In this document: piece by piece, positions 58,476 through 64,000 of the stretch
Layout: every line of letters begins with the position of its first letter
Position numbering within the stretch: the stretch's first letter is position 1
NCBI GenBank assembly: GCA_965263035.1
Contig: OZ253580.1
Location: 1,920,001-1,984,000 of the forward strand
Direction of reading: 5' to 3'
Length of the DNA stretch: 64,000 bases
Source of the DNA: Acidobacteriota bacterium
GTDB lineage: Bacteria > Acidobacteriota > UBA6911 > RPQK01 > JAJDTT01
The notes under the pieces: model-generated
The model's input: only the letters and a program-made list of their open reading frames with translations
Databases searched by the model: none
Told to the model about the DNA's origin: nothing
Position numbers and translations under genes: made by a program

Positions 58476-60116
58476 TTGTCAAGAGGCAAAAAACAGGCCG
58501 CCGCGCTCTTGCTGGCCCTTCTGGCGGGCATCGCTGTGGGTGGGACCCTGCAGAAATCAGGCTATCTGATGCTTCCGGGCTGGCAGACGCCAGCCCGGAC
58601 AGGTTTCGAAGCCACCCCAGGCATCTCGGTGCAGGCCGCCGTTCCACAGGTGGTGGAGGAGGCTACGCTCTTCGCCTTCGACAACGTCTCGATTCCTTTT
58701 CACCGGAACCTGTACCTCTGGAAGCATCCCCGGAACCCCGTCATCAGCCGGGAGGAGGGTCGGCCGGATGAAGCCCGGGCTCAATATCTGGGAACCGTGC
58801 TGCGTCACGAAGGCCGATTCAGAATGTGGTACGTGGCTGCCGACAGGGAGAGCTTCCGTGCCTTCAGCACGCAGGATCTCATGACCGGCTGGAGGGTGGC
58901 GTATGCGGAGAGCGAGGATGGCGTCCACTGGAGAAAACCCAACTTGGGCCTGGTCGAATACGCCGGAAATCGCGACAACAACCTGGTTCTGGTGGACCCG
59001 CCCGAGTTGAGCGTGATCGCGGGGCTGACCATCCTCTACGAACCGGAGGACCCGGATCCCTCCCGGCGATTCAAGATGATGGCCGCCGCCCCTGCCGAGA
59101 GGACGAAGACCACGGCGGTTCCGCTTTACAGCGGCGACGGCCTGCGCTGGCGGCCGGCCAGGGAGACGAAGCTGATCCGGAAACGCGAGGGGAAGTGGCT
59201 CGCCTGGAGGGTGCCGGAGGAAAATCTCGCGATTCCCGAGTTCCTGGAACATGCCGGGCTCTACAAATGGGATGGAATGTACTACATCGCCGGGCAGCAG
59301 GTCGCTCCCTGGGTGTGGCTGTGGGACGGCAAGCCCTCCGGTCGAGTGATGTCCATCTTCCGGTCATCGGATTTCGTCGAATGGTCGGATACGAAGTCCC
59401 TGTCGTTCGTACGCTACGGCTACCGCTCGATGCCGACCAATGCGGGGGAAGAGTCTCACGAGCCCGCCAGCGTCTGGAATCGCGGCAATGTGCTGCTGGG
59501 GACCTACGGACAGTTTCACGGTGTTCCCGGGTCGCCGTCCCATCCCATGGATCTGGGTCTGCTCATCAGCAACGACGGCATCCATTTCCGGGAGCCGGTT
59601 CCCGATTTCATTTTCCTGCCTCGGGGAGAACCACAGAGTTGGGAAGGTGGAGGACTGCTCCAGGGGCAGGGATTCGAGAATGTGGGGGACGAGACCTACA
59701 TCTGGTATGGCGGTTGGGACAACGACGTCACCCGGCCCGATACCTACGGGGAGATCGGATTGGCGCGCTGGCGCAGAGATGGCTTCGGGTCCTTGTCAGT
59801 CAAGAATCCGGAGCTTCCGGCGGCGTTCGTCACCAGTCCCATCCAGGCCCGGGGAGCGGTCACGATTCAACTCAACGCGGAGGGACTCTCGGACCGGGCC
59901 TGGTTGCGGGTCGAGCTTCTGGATCGGGGAGAGCGGCCGCTTCCGGGATATTCGGGCAGTGACTCTGCGGCCGTCTACAAATCGGGTTTGAGGGAGTCGG
60001 TCTCCTGGAAGGACAAGCAGAGGATCCCGGGACTCTCGAGTGGGTTCAAGATCCGGGTCAACTTCGAAGGGGAGAGACAGGACATCAGACTCTACGCCCT
60101 CTACGTCGGCGGGTGA
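58476..60116 (+). CDS. Glycoside-hydrolase-like beta-propeller protein
   Basis: FRMWY, YAESEDGVHWRKPNLG, SNDGIHF and WRRDGF; same broad family as 53432..54871. Confidence 0.72.
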   Translation: MSRGKKQAAALLLALLAGIAVGGTLQKSGYLMLPGWQTPARTGFEATPGISVQAAVPQVVEEATLFAFDNVSIPFHRNLYLWKHPRNPVISREEGRPDEARAQYLGTVLRHEGRFRMWYVAADRESFRAFSTQDLMTGWRVAYAESEDGVHWRKPNLGLVEYAGNRDNNLVLVDPPELSVIAGLTILYEPEDPDPSRRFKMMAAAPAERTKTTAVPLYSGDGLRWRPARETKLIRKREGKWLAWRVPEENLAIPEFLEHAGLYKWDGMYYIAGQQVAPWVWLWDGKPSGRVMSIFRSSDFVEWSDTKSLSFVRYGYRSMPTNAGEESHEPASVWNRGNVLLGTYGQFHGVPGSPSHPMDLGLLISNDGIHFREPVPDFIFLPRGEPQSWEGGGLLQGQGFENVGDETYIWYGGWDNDVTRPDTYGEIGLARWRRDGFGSLSVKNPELPAAFVTSPIQARGAVTIQLNAEGLSDRAWLRVELLDRGERPLPGYSGSDSAAVYKSGLRESVSWKDKQRIPGLSSGFKIRVNFEGERQDIRLYALYVGG

Positions 60117-60159
60117 AGGGATCGGACGCCGTCCCGGCGGGGTCGACTTTGGACCACAC

Positions 60160-60256
60160 GCCGGCCGCCTCTCCCATGTGGGCGGCTAGGAGGCCGGCCT
60201 TCCCAATGGGCGACTGGAAATCGCCCCTCCCGGTGGGCGATTAGAAATCGCTCCCC
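60160..60256. repeat. Tandem REP-like palindromes between convergent genes
   Basis: Units TGGGCGGCTAGGAGGCCGGCCTTCCC, TGGGCGACTGGAAATCGCCCCTCCC and TGGGCGATTAGAAATCGCTCCC. Confidence 0.68.
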
Positions 60257-61806
60257 AGATCCCGCAGGATGGCGTGGGCCGCATTGTGACCGGGCGCGCC
60301 CGAGACCTCGCCGCCCGGGTGGGTGCCGGCGCCGCAGAGCCACAGGTCCCGGATCGGTGTCTTGTACTCGGCCCAGCCAGTGAGCGGCCGGCGGGAGAAG
60401 ACCTGACTCGGCGTCATGTCCAGGTGGTGGATGTTGCCGTCGGTCAGGTAGACGCGGCGTTCCAAATCCAAAGGCGTCAGGAGCATCCAGTCCGCGATGG
60501 CCTCCCGAAAGTTGGGAGCGTATTCCGCGACCGCGTCGATAAGAGCCTCTCCCGCCTCCTCCCGCCGCTCGTCCCAGGTGCCTCGGGCGAGCCGGACAGG
60601 GGCGTACTCGGCGAAGATGGACAGGACGTGCTTGCCCGGCGGGCAGATGCTGCGGTCATAGATCGAGGGGATCTGGATGGACATGACGGGCTGCCTCGAG
60701 GGGCGGCCCCGCCGGGCGTCCCGCCACGCCCGCCGCACGTAGTCGATGGAGGGGCAGATCCAGACGCGGGTCGTGATGCGCGGATCGTAGTCCCTGCCCA
60801 GATACGAGGAGAAGTCGGGCAGCTCGTTCATGGCGGCGTGGAACTTGAAGTATCCGATCTCGGTCCGCCGGCCGCGGACCCTTCGGCGGAAGCCTGAGGG
60901 GAGATGTTCGGGTTCGACCAGATCCAGGAAGGTGCGCTTGGGATCGGCGTTGGAGACGACCCGACGGCTGCGGATCGTCTCTCCGCCGGTCAATTCGACG
61001 CCTTGCGCCCGGTTGTCCTCCACCAGGACGCGGCGGACCTCGCACCCGGTCCGAATGGTCCCGCCCTGGCTCTTCAGATAACCGGCCATGGCCCGCGTGA
61101 CGGAGCCCATCCCCCCCTTGACGATGCCGACGATGCGCCGTTCCGGTTCCACGTCGCCCGGCAGGAACGCCGCCGGCAGGGAGCTGCCGATGGAGTGGGG
61201 GTCGCCATGGTCTCCGGAATGGATCACCGCGGCCCGGACATGCTCCGACTCGAAAAACTCCTCTACGAGATCGGCGTGGCTGGTGATCAGGACTTTTTTG
61301 AAGATCTCCAGGTTGCCCGTCTCCCTGGCCCGCCCCACCAGATCGGGGTAGGTGGGAGGCGGCGTGAGCACATAGGGATGCACGATGGAATGGAACCGTT
61401 CCCAGAACCGGTTCCAGCGCCGGTAGCTCTCCGCGTCCCGCCGGGAGAAGGCGCTGATGGCCTCCGCATTGCGCTCCGGGTCCTGGTGCAGCACCAGGTA
61501 CCGGCCGTCGGGGTAGGGACGAAACGCGAAGGGTTCGAGTTGAAAGACCTCGAAACCGTAGCGGTGCAGCTCCAGGTCTTCCGCAATCCTGGGGTGCAGT
61601 GCGTAGAGCATGAAGGAACAACTGGAGAAGTGGAAACCGGGGAAGAGTTCCTCCGTGACACAGGCCCCACCGACTATCGAGCGCCGCTCCAGGACCTGGA
61701 CCTCCAGACCCGCCCGCGCCAGATAACTGCCCGCGACCAGTCCGTTGTGCCCCGCCCCGATGATGAGGACGTCGACTTCCCTCGCTTTTCCGTTGGCCGC
61801 TTTCAT
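60241..61806 (-). CDS. Phytoene-dehydrogenase-like FAD-dependent oxidoreductase
   Basis: IIGAGHNGL, GGACVTEE, VSNADPKRT and LCGAGTHPGGEVSGAPGHNAA. Confidence 0.92.
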   Translation of the reverse strand: MKAANGKAREVDVLIIGAGHNGLVAGSYLARAGLEVQVLERRSIVGGACVTEELFPGFHFSSCSFMLYALHPRIAEDLELHRYGFEVFQLEPFAFRPYPDGRYLVLHQDPERNAEAISAFSRRDAESYRRWNRFWERFHSIVHPYVLTPPPTYPDLVGRARETGNLEIFKKVLITSHADLVEEFFESEHVRAAVIHSGDHGDPHSIGSSLPAAFLPGDVEPERRIVGIVKGGMGSVTRAMAGYLKSQGGTIRTGCEVRRVLVEDNRAQGVELTGGETIRSRRVVSNADPKRTFLDLVEPEHLPSGFRRRVRGRRTEIGYFKFHAAMNELPDFSSYLGRDYDPRITTRVWICPSIDYVRRAWRDARRGRPSRQPVMSIQIPSIYDRSICPPGKHVLSIFAEYAPVRLARGTWDERREEAGEALIDAVAEYAPNFREAIADWMLLTPLDLERRVYLTDGNIHHLDMTPSQVFSRRPLTGWAEYKTPIRDLWLCGAGTHPGGEVSGAPGHNAAHAILRDLGSDF

Positions 61807-61968
61807 CCTTATTTCTTTGTCCCGGTCTCTTGCTACCTGAGGGGAGGCCCTCTCGCTTCAGGCGCCCCTCCCAACCGAGTCAGGGTCGAGGTTCGGAGAC
61901 CGCATTCTGAAGTGGTTTGACCGCAGACTCAATTCCTGTGAGGATGCGGGTTCGTGTCTTCCAGCCGA

Positions 61969-64000
61969 GTGTCCGACACAACCTACATATTCCTCGTCGT
62001 CCTTCCTTGGATCCTGCCGGGTGGAACCATGTTCGGGGCGGAACTCCGGGTGCTTCCGGAATCGGAACGGACCGGCGGCGAAGTCCGGGTGCTGCGGGAT
62101 CATCTCCGGCCCCTCGTCCATGCCGCACTGGACCGGCGATTGCGGGCGTATGAGGAACTGAAGACCGCGGAGCAGATCCATGCCTACCAGCAACGCCTGC
62201 GGGCGGAGTTCATCGGGAGCCTGGGCGGCTTCCCGGACCGCACCCCCCTGCGGCCCCGAATCGTAGGCCGACTTGAGGGCGACGGATTCCGAGCCGAAAA
62301 GCTGATCTACGAGAGCCGGCCCGGCTTCCACGTGACGGCGGTCCTGTACCTGCCGGAGGCCGAACCACCCTATCCCGGCGTCCTGCTCCCCTGCGGTCAC
62401 AGCGAGAACGGCAAGGCAGCCGAACTCTACCAGCGGGCGGCCATCCTGATGGCCAGGAACGGCCTGGCGGTGCTCTGCTACGACCCCATCGGCCAGGGCG
62501 AACGGAAGCAGATTCTGCAGGACGGCGCGGATCGGGCGGAGACGGTGAAGGGCCGATTCCGTCCCACCGGCGAACACAATCTGGCCGGCGTCGCCCCCAT
62601 TCTGCTGGGTCAGAACCTGGCGACCTATCGCATCTGGGACGGCATCCGCAGCATCGACTACCTGGCGGGCCGGGACGACATCGACGAGTCGCGCATCGGC
62701 TGCACCGGGAACTCGGGCGGCGGCCTCATGACCGCCTACCTGATGGCGCTCGACGAGAGAATCGTGGCTGCGGCATCAAGCTGTTTCATCACCACCACCC
62801 GCCGCAAGAACGACGACCCCGGACCGGGCGACGCCGAACAGAACATCTACGCCCAGACCGCCTATGGCATGGATCACGCGGACTACATTCTGATGCGAGC
62901 GCCGAAGCCAACGTTGATTCTGGCCGCTACACGTGACTTCGTGCCCATCGCCGGCGCCTGGGAGACGTTCCGGCAGGCCAAGCGGCTCTACACCCGGTTG
63001 GGCGTGCCGGAGCGGGTCGACCTGGTGGAAGCGGACGAAGAACACGGGTTCTCCCTGCATCTGCGCACCGGCGCCTGCCGCTGGATGCGGCGATGGCTGC
63101 TGAACCGGGTCGACGAGGTGACCGAGTCCGACTTCGGCGTCTTCTCCGACCGGCAGCTTCAATGCACTTCCCAGGGACAGGTCCTGCTGCTGGAGGGTGC
63201 GAGATCGGTTTTCCAACTCTATCGTGCCGAGGAGGCGAGGCTCCGGCGGCATCGGGAGCCGTCCTGGCGCCGGATGACCGGCGAAGAACGAAGGGCCAAG
63301 GTGAGGGAGACGGCGGGCATCCGTCCCTTCTCGGAGATCCCGACACCGGAAACCCAAGCGTCGGGTACGGTCCAGCGCACCGGCTACCGCATCGAGAAGC
63401 TGATCCTGAAGTCCGACGGCGGATTTCCGCTGCCGGCGCTACGGTTTGTCCCCGGGAGATTCAGTGGGGAGTCGACCCTGTATCTGAACGGGCGGGGCAA
63501 GCAGGCCGACGCCGGTCCGGGAGGTCCCATCGAGTCGCTGGTGCTCAGCGGGCATCAGGTGCTGGCCGTGGATCTGACAGGCTTGGGAGAGACCGAGTCC
63601 ACGGCGTGGCGGTACGACCCCAAATACATCGGAAACAATTCGGCCGAGTACTTCATCGCCTACATGCTGGGGCGTTCGCTGGTCGGCATGCGGGCCGAAG
63701 ACGTGCTTGTCTGCGCGCGTCACCTGAATGCCCAAAGCGGGGAGGCGAAGGGAGTGAACCTGGTCGCCGTGGGGAGGGCGGGGGTTGCTGCGCTCCACGC
63801 CGCAGCTGTCGAGCCGCAGCTGTTTCTCCGGGTCGACATCCGTGACTCCGTTGATAGTTGGCGGCGTGTCGTCGAAACCGAATTGACCGTCGACCAGCTC
63901 GAAAACACGGTGCACGGGGCGCTCCGACGGTACGATCTGGAAGACTTGGCGCGGCTGGCCGGGAGGGACCGGGTCGTCTTCGAGAGGATCCGGACCGCGT
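61969..64000 (+). CDS. Acetylxylan-esterase-like double alpha/beta hydrolase (not in the ORF track; runs off the window)
   Basis: Manual translation from GTG 61969: EKLIYESRPGFHVTAVLYLP, PCGHSENGK, YDPIGQGER, nucleophile elbow GCTGNSGGG and GDAEQN. Confidence 0.85.
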   Translation, partial: MSDTTYIFLVVLPWILPGGTMFGAELRVLPESERTGGEVRVLRDHLRPLVHAALDRRLRAYEELKTAEQIHAYQQRLRAEFIGSLGGFPDRTPLRPRIVGRLEGDGFRAEKLIYESRPGFHVTAVLYLPEAEPPYPGVLLPCGHSENGKAAELYQRAAILMARNGLAVLCYDPIGQGERKQILQDGADRAETVKGRFRPTGEHNLAGVAPILLGQNLATYRIWDGIRSIDYLAGRDDIDESRIGCTGNSGGGLMTAYLMALDERIVAAASSCFITTTRRKNDDPGPGDAEQNIYAQTAYGMDHADYILMRAPKPTLILAATRDFVPIAGAWETFRQAKRLYTRLGVPERVDLVEADEEHGFSLHLRTGACRWMRRWLLNRVDEVTESDFGVFSDRQLQCTSQGQVLLLEGARSVFQLYRAEEARLRRHREPSWRRMTGEERRAKVRETAGIRPFSEIPTPETQASGTVQRTGYRIEKLILKSDGGFPLPALRFVPGRFSGESTLYLNGRGKQADAGPGGPIESLVLSGHQVLAVDLTGLGETESTAWRYDPKYIGNNSAEYFIAYMLGRSLVGMRAEDVLVCARHLNAQSGEAKGVNLVAVGRAGVAALHAAAVEPQLFLRVDIRDSVDSWRRVVETELTVDQLENTVHGALRRYDLEDLARLAGRDRVVFERIRTA

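Overview
This is a GC-rich bacterial chromosomal window. The gene content (GWxTD protein, carboxypeptidase-domain TonB receptor with TPR and CRTAC1 genes, PVC-type heme protein, sulfatases, sialidases, PhyH dioxygenases) suggests Acidobacteriota; that assignment is an inference. Both flanks hold ordinary catabolic and transport genes. Three things stand out. (1) Two ~1.24 kb elements encode only an intact TnpB but are bounded by 22-bp terminal inverted repeats (TIRs). One has a perfect 8-bp target-site duplication (TSD) and splits a DUF983 gene. This is a DDE-transposon-like (IS1595/IS1016-like) architecture, not the IS200/IS605 one. (2) An accessory island at ~23.2-41.4 kb is punctuated by 11 same-strand copies of a ~24-26 bp hairpin (GAGAAGGGGACAGTTACCTTCTCTAC). 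These sit at the junctions between cassette-like cargo segments and at several truncation points. (3) The cargo includes a triceptide (yhh-type) RiPP cluster co-oriented with an AAA-ATPase/HNH pair, and an ATPase-TOPRIM-like-DUF262 operon; both are candidate defence systems. Two ~158-bp MITE families, REP-like clusters and several pseudogenes are also present. All product calls come from motif recognition by eye; no database searches were run.
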